Assembly: GCF_006345805.1 (NCBI RefSeq)
Contig: NC_043008.1
Location: forward strand, 77,376,001 to 77,440,000
Direction of reading: 5' to 3'
Origin: Octopus sinensis
Taxonomy: Eukaryota
Length of the DNA stretch: 64,000 nucleotides
Shown here: positions 27,277-40,885 of the stretch, in pieces
How positions within the stretch are numbered: position 1 is the first letter of the stretch
Layout of the letters: the number at the start of each line of letters is the position of its first letter
Position numbers and translations under genes: made by a program
Notes under the pieces: generated by a model
Databases searched by the model: none
Seen by the model: only the letters and a program-made list of their open reading frames with translations
What the model was told of the DNA's origin: nothing

Positions 27277-29339
27277 AGAGAAGGGTGATATCGACATCAA
27301 AGTCAGAAATAGAACAGTGGGTTTGATACAACGGTTCGATATAGTCACTTTTATATTTCGTTCTAATAAAAATTGATCGATATATTATGATTTCGCAAGA
27401 CAAACTTCATCGCTATCTTTTTGTTGAATATTGATGGAAGAGATACTTTCACTTAGTTCGAAAATATTGATGATAACCCTTTTTTAATTAATTAGCTAAG
27501 AAAGAACTAATTAGTTTGCAAAACAACTGTTCTTAGTTTGATCTCTACCTTCTTATTTGAATCCCTTAAATTACTATATTCTATAATATTTGTTAAAAGC
27601 AATAGTGGAATTTTTTCATCTTTGATAATCACGAACTCAAGCTGATCATTGATCAATATTCGATGGATCATTAAATTGATATTTTCTGTCTTCACTCCAA
27701 GTATTTCACCCACAAAAACCTTTAACCTTTCGGTTATGCCTCCCACCTCTCTCTCTTTTGCACACACACACACAGACACACACACGCACACACACAAACA
27801 AAGAAACACGCACACATTCACAAATAATGCTAGGGCGATAATTTTAAATATAACCTCAAGAAATTGTTTTAAAAAAAATATTTACATATTTTTGTTCTTC
27901 AAAGACCAGAAAATTTCTTTCTTAATAATTTGTTGTTTTATATTTTAAGTTCTCGTGGTTTTATGTAAATAGAAAATGCTGTTTCTTCTCTATGTGTGTG
28001 TGCGCGCGCGCGTGTTTGTACCTATATTTGTGTGGGTGTGTGGGTGTGTGTGTGTGGGGGGGTACATAATATAAACATTGAGATTATATTAGACCATGTT
28101 CTCAGAACGTAAGCAATTCACAGTTCCACCACATGGTAATTAACACTAATGATGAATAATCAGATTCTCTAGACATTATTTAACACTAATGAGAACAGAG
28201 TAATCCTCATTAGTGTTAAAATCTCGTCCTTAATTCTAAATTGAGTACCAGAGTATCCTTTGGAGACTAAGAACCTGCGAGTATTCCTCAAATACTAAAA
28301 GAAAGACAGTGAAGTGTACTTGATATGATCTTTACATCTGTTTGACAAGTAATTAAAATTTTTCCATTATAATTGACTGCTTTCAATAAATTTAATAGTT
28401 ATAATTAAATATCAAGATCGTCACCCTCTAATAAATGAGTGTTATGTGACTTGTTCAATTGCTTAATCGCTGGTCAGCTCAGATCAAACAGACCTCTAAC
28501 CAAACGATATTCAAGCCTTAACTATCGCATCTTTTATTTCCTACCTCAGAATATCTAGGATCACATCATCTAATGTGACTTTTTTTCTTTTTAAAGGACT
28601 GCAGGGTGTAAATGGCCCTATATTTCTAACAAGGCAACTCATCCCATAGTGAGTTTTCTGGTTCAGAGGGTCGAAGATAGTGAAGACGGCCCCCAGACTG
28701 AATGCCTTAATGTGACACCATCTCTTTATCTCAAATCAAATTACACTGCACTATAAAATAAGCACTAGCGCTATACTAACTTATTTCAAACGACTAATTC
28801 CTCACAAGAATTAGGTTTTACAGCGGATGAACAACAAGAAATAAGTTCTTGGCTAATCGTAATCACAATAAGATTCTGGTCCCCAGTTGAAACCATTTCA
28901 TGTCACTTATGCCGTTAATACTCTATAGAAAATATAATCAGTACAACTTCCACCTGAGCTGTATCTTTCTAAAAGTAACATATCGAGAGAAATGGTTAGC
29001 TAAACAGTTACCCAAATTCAATATGAAGATCAAATGGTTTCATTTCATGACAAAAATGTCATCTGGTTTACCCCGCCCTCTATAACCCGTTGGTTATCCA
29101 GTCTTCTGTATAGCTACAATTTGTTACCAAGCAAATACCCTTATCCGACGTTCCCAAAACAGAATTTCGCCAGAAGACAGAAAAACACGAAACATTTGTA
29201 CCGTTTCCCTTGTCCATGATTGGTCCTTTTACTCCACTCCGGCACTAAAGATAGCCCCGAGTTAGACAATATTATGACAGGTAAAACATCGAAGAAATGT
29301 TAGCACTCAGTAACATCAATAACTATTCCTACCAATATT

Positions 29340-30050
29340 GATGAGAGCGATGACAGCAATGACAATGACTACAAAGATGACAGTGATGACGATGATGACG
29401 AGAATGACGGTGATAACATTGATGAGAGTGATGACAGAAATGACAGTGGCGATAGTAATGATTATAATGACAGCGATGACATTGGTAACAGAGATGATTG
29501 TAGTGACGGTGATTATGATGACAGTGATGACCGATGAGAGGTTTGAAAAGGATAAAAGTAATGATAATGATAACAGAAATGGCAACGACGACACCGATGA
29601 CTGTGATTACACTGATGATAGTGATGACTGGAATGACGATGATAAGGATTACAGGGTTGACAATGATGGCAGTGATAACAATGTCATCAATGATAGAGAT
29701 GACTGCGATGACAAGGATTAGTGTGATGATAATGATGACAGTTATTGCAGCGATTAGAGGCGGCAGTGATGACAATGCTGTTAATAATGGCAGAAATGAG
29801 CGACGACAAGATCGGCAGTAATGACAGCGATGACAATGATGATAGTGATGATTGTGATGACTTGATGACAATGATGAGAAAAATGAAAGCGATGATAATG
29901 ACGACAGTGACGAAAGATGATGATAGTGATAACAATGATGACAGCGTTACGACAGTGATAATATGGATTACAGAGATGATGGGGATGAAAGTGATGAGGG
30001 TAATGACAGCAATGATAGCGATGTCAGTGATGAAATGATAATAATAACAT
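29340..30050. repeat. Degenerate (GAT/GAC/AAT) trinucleotide low-complexity tract
   Basis: Directly visible; gives M/T/D-rich pseudo-ORFs. Confidence 0.9.
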
Positions 30051-30539
30051 CGAGCTATTTCTTATGACCAGCTACATGACTGTATATTAGAGAGAACAAT
30101 ATTCTCGATCGGATCAATACCAGCGATACTATTTCTGTTAAAGACCCCGAATACTTGAATTTAATGTTAACTTTGGGTTCAAACGCTGGATAGTGAGAAT
30201 GGATTCAAACTATTTAAACAGTGATATTCATATGACACTCACCATACCGATATTGTCACCAGCCCGCCACTTTCATGCTTGAACTATTCCATACCCTTTA
30301 TAATAACTTCCTTTCATCGCCCACACCTCTACAAGATATCTTAAATACGTGTGTCCGTGTGGGAGGCGTGACAGACGGTTTTGGCCTTCTATTAAAAGTC
30401 TATTTATTTCTGGGATGCTTTATGGGAATTTTAAATCTATCCCCCACTACACGTCTGGTGGTGCATGCTATGGACCCAAGAAGTGTGAAAATCAATGTTG
30501 ATCTTTGCAAGGTTTATACTCAGATCGCAGACAAACGTA

Positions 30540-31895
30540 ATTAAAGCATCGTGAAACATTTTATTTGATGCTCTTCCGATTCTACTAATTCATTGCCCTT
30601 AATGGTTTCAGATTTTGGCACAAGGCCAGCAATTTGGGGAGAGGTTCAACTGGTACTTATTTTATCGACTCCGAAAGGATGAAAGACAAAGTCAACCTTG
30701 GCGGAATTTGAACGCAGAACGTGAAGACGGACGAAATATCGCTAAACATTTTACCCGGCGTGCTAACCATTCTGTCAGCTGACCACCTTTCATTGCCCTA
30801 AACAATAATAATTCTAATTGTAATTGATTCTGCACAAAGCCAGAAAATTTGAGAGGGGGACGTTAGTTAATACAATCGACAGTAGTAAACGATAGAGTTT
30901 TACATGAAAAGTGAAAATAACAGTTAAAAATTTGAAGGAAATATTCCCCTTCAAGAATGGTGACATCTGAAGGCAACTCGTAGGAACCTCACAAAACAAC
31001 GGTCAGCCTGAAACTCAGATAAGTAGACTCTCTTAGTAGTCTCTCACTAAATCTATTTCTGTTCGTTTAGCTTAGGCCATGCTCGCTACTCTCATCTACC
31101 TTTGAACAAATTTGCTAGGAGGCCGCATTCCCCGTCCCCGGCCCAAGCCCCAGCCTCTTCAATCTCATCCAACATGCAGCGTTTATCGGTACTTGCACCA
31201 GACACTGTACAATGACTGTTCTTCCCAACCAAAGGAATAATGATAGCAATAACAACAACGACAATAATCCTTTTTATTTAAGGGACAAAGCCTAAAATTT
31301 TTGGGGAGATGACTAGTCGATCACATCGATCCAAGTGTTTCACTGGTACTTAATTTATCGATTCCGAAAAGATGAAAGGCATAGTCGACTCGGCGTAATT
31401 TCAATTCAGAATGTAGCGACGGGCGAAATACCGCTAAGTATTTCGTCCAGCTCGCTGTCTTAATAAGTATTTTGTCGACCCCGTGAGAACGAAAGGCAAA
31501 GTTGATCTCGGCGGAATTTGAACTCAGAACACAAAGACGGATGAAATGCCGCTAAGAATTTCGCCCGTGCTAACGATTCTGTGGGATGGAAGAGAAATTG
31601 AGACTTGGGAGGAATTTGAACTCAGAATACAATAGACCGAAGTTAGAAACCGTAACTACAATTATACAGCTACTATCAGCTACTGTTAGGAGCAAGCATA
31701 TTAACAATTCCCCTAACCCTAACCAGGCCAACAGTTTTTGAGGGGAGAGGGAAGTCGGTTACATCAACCCTAGTACTTGACTGGTACTTATTTTATCGAG
31801 CCCGAAGGATGAAAGGCAAAACCAACCTCGGCGGAATTTGTGCTCAGAACACGTAGACCGATGGAATGCCGCTTAACATTTACCAGCTCATCGCC
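30540..31895 (-). mobile_element. Cluster of SINE family B copies and fragments
   Basis: AAAGG.AAAGTCGACCTCGGCGGAATTTGAAC.CAGAAC variants at about 30680, 31375, 31495, 31610 and 31810. Confidence 0.8.
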
Positions 31896-33219
31896 TATAA
31901 ATATAATTCGAATGTGTGTGTGTGTGTGCGTATGTGTGTGTGTGTGTGTGAGTATGTAGAATACATACATACATACATATATGTACATACATACATACAT
32001 ACATACACACACATATATACACACACACACATACATACATGCATACATACGCATACATGTATGTATAGGTACATACATACATAGACAGACACACACACAC
32101 ATACACACTGTGTTGTATTTGTTTGTTGGTGTGTGTGTGTGTGTGTGTAAGTGTATGAAAAAATATAAATTACAAGTAAAAAAGAAGAAAAGAACGATAG
32201 AATATGAGCAAAAAGTCAACTTACCTGAAAATATGTAAGAAACAATAAAAGAAAAATATTAGAGAGCTGCAGACCAGTATTGAACTCCATATTTATGTGT
32301 TTGTATAAGTGTGTACTGTTAGTGGATACAGAGAGAACATATGAGAGCTGTGTTTTGGAAGAATTATAAAGCGGGAAATATCATTGTCCAAACCTCTTCC
32401 TACCCTCTCCAACTCTTCCTCTTCCAAATGTTTGTTTAAATCACACGAATTAGTAGAGAGATGAGAGAAAGAGAGAAAGAGAGAGAGAGAGAGCGGGAGG
32501 GAGAGAGAGGGAGTAAGAGGAAGTGAGAGAGACATGAACTCCTACTTTCTTCACGCTGGTGTCTGTGTCGTCTGCGTGTGTGTTTATGTACAGAAAGGAA
32601 GAGATCGACAAGTGCCGGTATATAAACATATAACGCAATACATTACATACATACATATATGCATACATACATACATGCATACATACATGTACGCATGTAA
32701 ATGTGCGTGTGTATGTCTATCTATATATATTATATATCTATTTAATTATGAAATGTATGTAGCTATGTATACCACCCACCCGCTATAGACTGCACCTGAC
32801 CACCAAACACTTTGTATCTAAACGACGTGGTTTATTTGGGTGGCGCTGGTGCAATGAGTCGTCTATTCTACAAGCAGACGGCCACGGGCCTGACGGTACT
32901 CAGAGTGACAGCAACAATAAATACACACACGCGCGACCGCACACACACACACACACACGCACACAAACTGTTGACGATATGTACGTAGCAGCAGTAGTAG
33001 TAGTAGTAGAGGTGGTGGTGGTGGTAACGATAATAGTAGTTGAAGTAGTAGTAGCGATAGTGGTGGTCGTGGTGATAAAGAAGGAACTTGTCACACGCAT
33101 GAAGAAAAGATACTTTCGTTAAACAATACACGTTTCAATTCCTCCCACAAAATTTCCGATCTTGTGCGTATGTTAGAAAAGAAATTTATAATAGAAAGTA
33201 TAAGAAATATAGTAATAGT

Positions 33220-33862
33220 TCTTTCTAATTTTAGCACAAGGCCAGTAATTTTAAGGGGCAGAGTTAGTCGATTGCGTCAATCTCAGTGCTTAGCTGTTAC
33301 TTATTTTATCGACTCAGAAAGGATGAAAGGTAAAGTCGAACGGCAGAATTTGAATTCGGAACGCGAAGACAGACGAAATACCTATTTCTTTACAACCCAC
33401 AAGGGGCTAAACACAGAGAGGACAAACAAGGACAGACAAACGGATTAAGTCGATTATATCGACCCCAGTGCGTAACTGGTACTTATTTAATCGACCCCGA
33501 AAGGATAAAAGGCAAAGTCGACCTCGGCGGAATTTGAACTCGGAACGTAAAAACAGACGAAATACCGCTAAGTATTTTGCCTGGCGTGCTAGCGATTCTG
33601 TACCCCACCCATATTAATAGTAATAATCCTTTCTACTTTGGGCACAAGGCCTGAAATTTTCGGGGGAAAGGGGATAGTCGATTATATCGACCCCAGTGCA
33701 TAACTGGTACTTATTTAATCGACCCCGAGGGGATGAAAGGCAAAGTCGACCTCGGCAGAATTTGAACTCAGAACGTAGGGGCAGACGAAATACCTATTTC
33801 TTTACTACCCACAGTGCGAAACTGGTACTTTATTTATCGACCCCGAAAGGCTGAAAGGTAAG
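33220..33862 (-). mobile_element. Tandem/multimeric SINE family B copies
   Basis: Core recurs at about 33320, 33500, 33730 and 33840. Confidence 0.85.
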
Positions 33863-34003
33863 TGCTATGGACAGACTATAGTTAAGCTCCAGGTTCGGTG
33901 ATTATGAGGAGTCCAACGTAGATCTTCTATTATAAATGTTCTAAAATCTTTCAAAGTCTTGGATCTTTATCTCATTCTGAAAATTTATATATACATACAT
34001 ACA

Positions 34004-34039
<36 letters not shown>

Positions 34040-34282
34040 TATATATAGTCACAATGAGGATATTTAAACCTCTTATAGGGATATTTTTTATCCAAGATAT
34101 ACTAGTTTTATAGAGATGTTTCTTCAATGAATATATTATATAAAATATTGTAAAATATCAAATATTATTATCGTGTTTGAAAACAGAGAGATCAAATGGA
34201 TAATGAATTAATTTAATTAATTAACATATTCACTTACAATTGTTTCATTTCTCAACCAAAATTAAAACTACAAAACATAAAT

Positions 34283-34453
34283 GTATAATTTTGCATTTTA
34301 AAATACCTTGGATTGAAAACAATCAGGATGCACAAAGGACAATACAAGGATTACATTATGATCCACTGGAATATTCAGAAAATATATAATCCTATTTATT
34401 ATGTGTATGTGTGTGTACGCATGCGTTAAAATTATTAGTTTTATTTTCAATTC

Positions 34454-34487
<34 letters not shown>

Positions 34488-35105
34488 GTATGGGTCGATG
34501 AGCTGGCAGAATCGTTAGCACGCCGGGCGAAATGCGTAGCCGTATTTCGTCTGCCGTTATGTTCTGAGTTCAAATTCTGCCGAGGTCGACTTTGCCTTTC
34601 ATCCTTTCGGGGTCGATTAAATAAGTATCAGTTACGCACTGGGTCGATATAATCAACTTAATCCGATCCGTTTGTTTGTCCTTGTTTGTCCCTTCTGTGT
34701 TTAGCCCCTTGTGGGTAGTAAAGAAACAGGTATTTCGTCTGCCGTTACGTTCTGAGTCCGAATTCCACCGAGGTAGACTTTGCCTTTCATCCTTTTGGGG
34801 TCGATTAAATAAGTACCAGTTACGCAGCGGTGTCGATATAATCGACTTAATCCCTTTGTCCTTGTCTGTCCCTTCTATGTTTAGTCCCCTATGGACAATA
34901 ATAATAATAATCATGAATAATTAGTTATTGAGTTAAAAATAATAATTTTAACGCATGCGTACACATACATATACATACGCACATAATAAACCGGACTATA
35001 TATATACTCTGAATATTCCAACGGATCATAATGTAATCCTTGTATCTCCTTTGTGCACCCTGATGATTTTCCATCCAAGGTATTTTAAAATGCAAAATTA
35101 TATAC
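34283..35105. repeat. Fold-back element: ~180-bp inverted arms with a SINE dimer in the centre
   Basis: 34283-34460 is the diverged reverse complement of 34923-35105 (ATAATTTTGCATTTTAAAATACCTTGGAT / ATCCAAGGTATTTTAAAATGCAAAATTAT). Confidence 0.8.
34490..34912 (+). mobile_element. SINE family B, full head plus tandem second body
   Basis: GAGCTGGCAGAATCGTTAGC (A-box-like)...GAGTTCAAATTC (B-box-like); body repeated from 34730; (AAT)n tail. Confidence 0.85.
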
Positions 35106-35189
35106 TTGACGTTTCGAACCTACGCTCTTCGACAGAAAGGATGTGTGTGTGAGGGGGTGTATATATAGTCTTCCTGTTAGTGTTTATTC

Positions 35190-35385
35190 ATTTGCCAACG
35201 AGTGTTGTTTTTTTTTACGTCCCCGTAAGCTAGCACTTTGGCAAAAGAGACCGATAATTTAAGTACCAAGCTTAGAAAATAAAAACAAACAAGCAAGTAC
35301 TGGGATTGATTTATTCGACTAAATCCGCCAAGGTTATGTCCCAGCATGACTGCAGTCCAGTGACTGAAGCATTAGAGATAAAAAA
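35190..35385 (+). mobile_element. SINE family A 3' half
   Basis: TTTACGTCCCCGTAA...GGCAAAAGAGACCGATA...GCAGTCCAGTGACTGAAGC. Confidence 0.7.
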
Positions 35386-37577
35386 ACCATTAGATATGAT
35401 TTCCACCGTGTGTTTATGTGCTTGTATGTTTGTCTGTATGTGTGCATGTATGTGTGAGTGTGTAAAATATTATTTTCTATTTCCAACTTCTTTATTAAAC
35501 CCGAAACTGAAAGATTATAATCGGAATGCAATTTGCTTCATTTTCCCAAAACTCCACACAAAGTGACTTTGCAATAGGTGAAGTTCTTGACGAGGATTGG
35601 AAACTGTGAAGTTATTTACATATAGTGAACTGAGGATCACAATAACAAATACCAGAATCGCCAAATACATTAGGTAATATATTTTTTACGCCTTCATCCG
35701 TGTTATTTGTGGCATTATAACAGTGTACCAAAGTGCAGGTTCCGCAAGCAATATTTATATTCTAAATATTAAACTCGAAGAATTAAGATGTAGATTACTT
35801 CTTTCTCCACCTCTGCTAATGCATTCTACTCTTTCATATGACAAGAAAGCGTTTATTTTGCATAATTCCTAAACATTACCGATAATATTTTATGAAAACT
35901 TAAAGAAAAAGCCAGAGCTTGGAATTTGCCACCGTAAACTGGTAACAAACAGCAAACTGATGAAGATCTCAGGAAAGACAAAATTCCGTGCCAAGTCATC
36001 AAGGATGTTATTTTTAGCCGAGTATTTCTTACAACAGAGTTTATTCCAGATTTTGTGCGCCAAACTGTACGGTCACTTAAACGAAGACAAATTGATACAA
36101 GAATTCTTTCTACTTTCTTCACTGAAGATTAAATGATTTCGACAGACGACTTATAATGTTTCCAACAAATCCCTAGGTGTCCATTTATTGTGGGGTAATG
36201 AAAAAAAGAGGAGAAGCAGGGGCTTTCAGTGGAATATTGACTCAGTAAACATATGCTTAGAGATTCCTAATCATTTCTTTATGTAGAAAAACATCTCGGT
36301 AACCCCTCCTCTACTCACTGCTCTTTATTATCCTATGTGAAATGTTAAACGCTGCTGTTTAAACTGATAAACATGGCATTGCCAGTTAAAAGAAAATACT
36401 AAAATATATTCACAAATATAAACTTTGAAACGTGCATGTGTGTGTTTTCATTTTATCATTTGCCTAGATAGTTGTAATGTTTTCAATTAAGTCTTTAAAA
36501 TGCTACTGGAAGGAGCCGTATGCTGGTTTTTAGATAAAGGGTTGAATTGTGTGAAGATTGGTCTACCACCTGCTGTTTTATATTATGCCGATGATAAATG
36601 GAATGTGGCATTATAAGCTGCAGCAAAAGCAACACATTGTTGCATATGCGTGTCGTCGATGTCTGCTCATAGCACAACTGACTCAATAGACCCGAGGCAA
36701 AGTTAGTTGGCAGAATTATAACTCCTTAAAACACATTTACCCAGCAACAATGAATCGAGAACAAAGAAATAACCCGCTGTTTAATAATAGAACGGAAACA
36801 CGAACATTTAATGACGACAATAACAAGAGCAAAAACGAGAACAACTACATCATCAAAATAAATAATGGATAAAGAAAGAAAGACTATCAAAACAACTGAA
36901 GTTTCCCTTTTAAAACAAATTTAATTCAAATATGAAATGGTTTACTGGGAGTTATTCTCAGTATGTTGTTGTGGTTAGTGGTGGTGGTGATAACGAGAAG
37001 GAGAAGTGGGATGAAGACGACGACAACGATGATGATGATAATGATGTATAAACCATTGACTCCTTTAACAATGTCGACATGGTATTAGTGTAATTCAGTC
37101 CGGTAATAAATAGGTTAGTCAAGGGCTGATGTGATTTAAGAAAGATAATTGTTGAACTCATCAAAGACCGTCTACGGTGTAGTGTCTGTTTAGGTAGAAG
37201 AAAGGAACATAGGTTTGATTACTCAATTTTAATTAATGATTTAAAATAATTGAATTCTTAAATGATAAATAATATTGAAGGTTTTTATACTTTTTTTTAA
37301 ACATTTGTTTGCTTAACAAAGGTGGGATGAATTTGTAAATTTACAAATATGTATGGCATTTTAAAGCAAAACGGTTTATCGTGAGTTTGTAATATCAATT
37401 ATTTCACCAATTTCATCATAAGACAAGTAGAGTGATGTGCCTGAACTAAGAACTTAAACCAAAGAGTTAAGACTTCAGCTCTCAATCCATCAAGGCTAAT
37501 TACTAATCTAATTACCTCACTACTTCATTAAATGGTGACATCTCACTTAACATGATAATGCAGCATATAATTTACAT

Positions 37578-39480
37578 CATAGCTTTCCAAAGTGGGTGAT
37601 ATCGCCAACCGGTGGGCGATGGGCGAATTTTTAGATGGTGGATGATTTGGGAATTTGGTGGGCGATGTGAACGTTTTGTTTTATCGATTTGATTACTCGC
37701 AAGATATAACTCTTTGTATTAAAAAAGCGGATTTGTTTATTGATGGAATATTTTTGTCGCACAGTCATTGAAATGGTTCTGAAATCTCCGAAAAATAAGA
37801 GTTAAGAGGTGTTATATGTCGTGCGTAATTCTACGGTTTCATATCAAAACATAAGTGCTATTTCCAGGATGTTGACAAAATGCACAAAATGACAGCTTTG
37901 AAATCGTGTTTCTTGATTAGGTGAAAATGATCAAACTTCAAACCTATATAACATTTTAAAAACCTCTTTCTGGAAAAATTTTCGATAAACTTTAATTTTT
38001 GAAATGCTGGCAGCCAAACGAACTAGATCCGTGTTTGCTCCAGTAAAGACGTGTCATCGAACTCTGCTCTATCGACTTCTTCTTCCCTTTGGGAATACCA
38101 TACTGCCTTTCTAACGTAGAAATTCGTTTTCACATTTTCACTTTACTGATGCCTCCAGTCAAGAAAATTTGTCGACAGTATAGTAGTGATTATTAATCAT
38201 TTAGATTTATTCCCTCTCCTCAGAACTGTCAATTACCAATATGCCTTCTTTGGCATAAAACATTGACCAACGAAGCAATGAAACCTTCACACTTGAAGTA
38301 TCACTTTGATGCAAAGCATTCTAACAAGAAGGACAAGCCGTTGTCATACTGTGCGCCTCTTTCAAAAAGCAGACACAAGCATTCAGCACGCTACTTCAGG
38401 AAACTAGTAAGAATGACGGGTTGATTGCATCGTACAATATTGCATTGCTTGTTGCTAAGTCTGGGAAGTCTCACACAATTGGAGAAACATTATTTCGCCC
38501 GGTTATCGAAGATGTTTTGTCAACCGTTATGCACGAAAATCCCGATAACATTATGAAGAAGATCCCACTTAGTAATAACACGATTTCTCGATGCATCGAT
38601 GAAATGGCCAACGATGTCAAACATCAGCTCATTAATATTCTCCAGCGTTCCGAATTTTCTGTACAAGTGGATGAGTCCACTGTTGGGGACAATCAATATT
38701 TGATGATGGTATATGTTCCGTATTTCAGCATTTCCTCACATCCTTGTGAGGAAATGCTGTTCACAGAGAAATTGCCACTTGATTAAAAAAGAACAGCAAT
38801 TTTTCACACTCTCAAGTTTTTCCTTTTTAAACATAATATCCTACTCAGTAATATTCTTGCTTGTACGTCTGATGAGGCCCCTTCGATAATAGGAAGATCC
38901 CTCTTAAAGCGGGAAATTTCCCACCAGATACTAATTGTTCATTGCTTGGCACACCGGTAGTATTTAGAGGCAAAAAAAAAAAAAATGAAATTAGTGCTGT
39001 ATAAGACTAACATTTCAAAACGTCAGTTCCATCAATTTCCACAACTTGATTCTTTGAAAGATGAATTGGTTGATGAGGATATCCTATCTCTGTTAAGGAT
39101 ATCGCAACTATTTACAATCATTGCAAGATGATATTGGTGGAGCGATTTCAAGATGTTATTGCGCTAAATATTCCAAATTGGTAGAGCAATCCATTTGAGG
39201 TCGATGCAGTCGATTGCGAGGTCGACGTTCAGGAGGAATTGATAGAATGCAAAATGACAATGACGCCACAATGCGATATCGCCGTAATGGCAAAGAAGGT
39301 ACCATCAAAGTATATTGAATTCCTACCCCAGTCTGTGGAAACATCTGAAATTACTTTTACTTGCCTTCCCTACCTCGTACCTGGTTGAATCTGGTTTTAG
39401 CCAACTTTACTTTCTCATAAAAGAATCGGACTGGATGTGATACAAAGAGGAGACTTGCGGCTAAAGTTGACAAGTTTTGG
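37578..39480 (+). mobile_element. hAT Buster/Charlie-type transposon relic; right end not found
   Basis: Left end CATAGCTTTCCAAAGTGGG; transposase pseudogene inside. Confidence 0.8.
38149..39480 (+). pseudogene. Buster/Charlie (ZBED5/FAM200-like) transposase pseudogene
   Basis: RQYSSDY, NEAMKPSHLKYHF..KH, ASYNIALLVAKSGKSHTIGETL, IPLSNNTISRCIDEMA, FSVQVDEST, VHCLAHR, FPTSYLVESGFS, NRLD...GDLRLKLT; many stops and frameshifts. Confidence 0.9.
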
Positions 39481-39519
39481 AACAAGTAAAAGGAAAAAAA
39501 TAAGAGTATATATAAATAT

Positions 39520-39970
39520 AAACTATTAATTACACTGTGTACATCTACAGTATATATGTACTACATTAATGCCTACAACTACAGTATCTAATATACTCAC
39601 TGTGTACAGATACAGTGAGTATATACTATGTTAATGTGTATACTTATATAATATCAATGTCTTCATCTACAATACCTATGCACTACACAGAAGTGCACAT
39701 CTACTGTATCAATATCACTAACGTATAACATCTACACTAACTACACTAATGCTATATCGACAGTACATATATACTGCACAAATGTTTTAATCCATAGTAC
39801 CTTACATACTGCACTGTTTATATCTACAGTACCGTATTAATATATATATATCTACAGTAACTATCTACAACACTAATTTCCGCAGCTACTGTACAAACAT
39901 GCTACATTAATCTGTACAGCTACATGGACTGAAGCATTGTTACTCTCACAGTGCAGTGCAATTAATGTAA
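39520..39970. repeat. Degenerate short tandem repeat (ATCTACAGTA/TACACTAATG-like units)
   Basis: Recurrent TCTACA and CTACA motifs. Confidence 0.6.
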
Positions 39971-40885
39971 CACAAAATACCAGCCTGCCAACTGGTAGCC
40001 CTGCACTGAGCCAAGTTCCAACTCCCCCTGCTGTTGCAATAAAATGATGTAATGTGATAAGCATTCGATGAAACTAAAATCCCGCTATATGTCAACTTTA
40101 AACTGTTAAGCAGAAATAATGCACTCTGTGTAAAGATTTGTTATGTCTTCTGTTATATTTCAGTTGAACTTGATTCTATTTTGGTTCAAAATATGCAACA
40201 TTTCAGGGGACAATATTTAAAAATAGTAAATATCCTCTGTTGATGTGATTCTGTAATAGCTACCATATGTACAAGATTTCGTGCACAGCAGCTTTTAGCA
40301 AACAACAATAAACTTTCGGGTAAGAAAGATTTATAAAAAGAAATTATTGAGCATTCAGTTTTCTCTTTTAATTTTATAGTCTCTTGGGAATAAATATTTT
40401 AGGCTCATTTTTCTACATAAATTACTTAGTTGGTGCATACATACACACATACATACGTACATACATGCATACATAAATACACGTGTGTACATACATACGT
40501 GTGGTGTGGTGTGGCGTGGTATGGTGGTGGTGGTGGTGTGTGTGTGTGTGTGGACAAAAGTAGTAGAACTTAATATCATTGGAAATAGAGGAGTAAATTT
40601 ATTGAATGACCTCAGTATGAAACATTTGCATTCAAGATTTTGTTGAGAGATTTGAATGCAAGTATTCTATACCTGTGTCATTTGATAAATATATACGAAT
40701 ATATGTGTGTATATATATGTATGTATATATGTACATCTTTTAAATTTATTTATTGAAAACGTTTTGAATATGCAAATAAAGCTCCTATTCTATTATACTA
40801 GCCACGGTCTAATGATGCTCACGGGTGAACTAGTTTTTCGGGGTTGCATCGAGCTGTACCGATATAATGTAGGATAAATACAATA

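Noticed and set aside
28940-29220. KNVIWFTPP motif (and HNTKNVSSYTCM at ~22850) reminiscent of Penelope-like ORF C-termini
   Set aside because: Too short and degenerate to support by eye
29316-30038. Met/Thr/Asp-rich and His-rich ORFs resembling biomineralisation proteins
   Set aside because: Open in multiple frames on both strands because of GAT-type triplet degeneracy; no splice or codon evidence
30540-34912. Recurrent ~35-bp motif that could look like a CRISPR repeat or tRNA genes
   Set aside because: Irregular spacing, both orientations, embedded in longer SINE homology; no cloverleaf, no cas genes; eukaryotic context
38421-38786. Domesticated ZBED/FAM200/SCAND3-like host gene
   Set aside because: Surrounding transposase sequence has multiple stops, frameshifts and deletions; a decayed transposon
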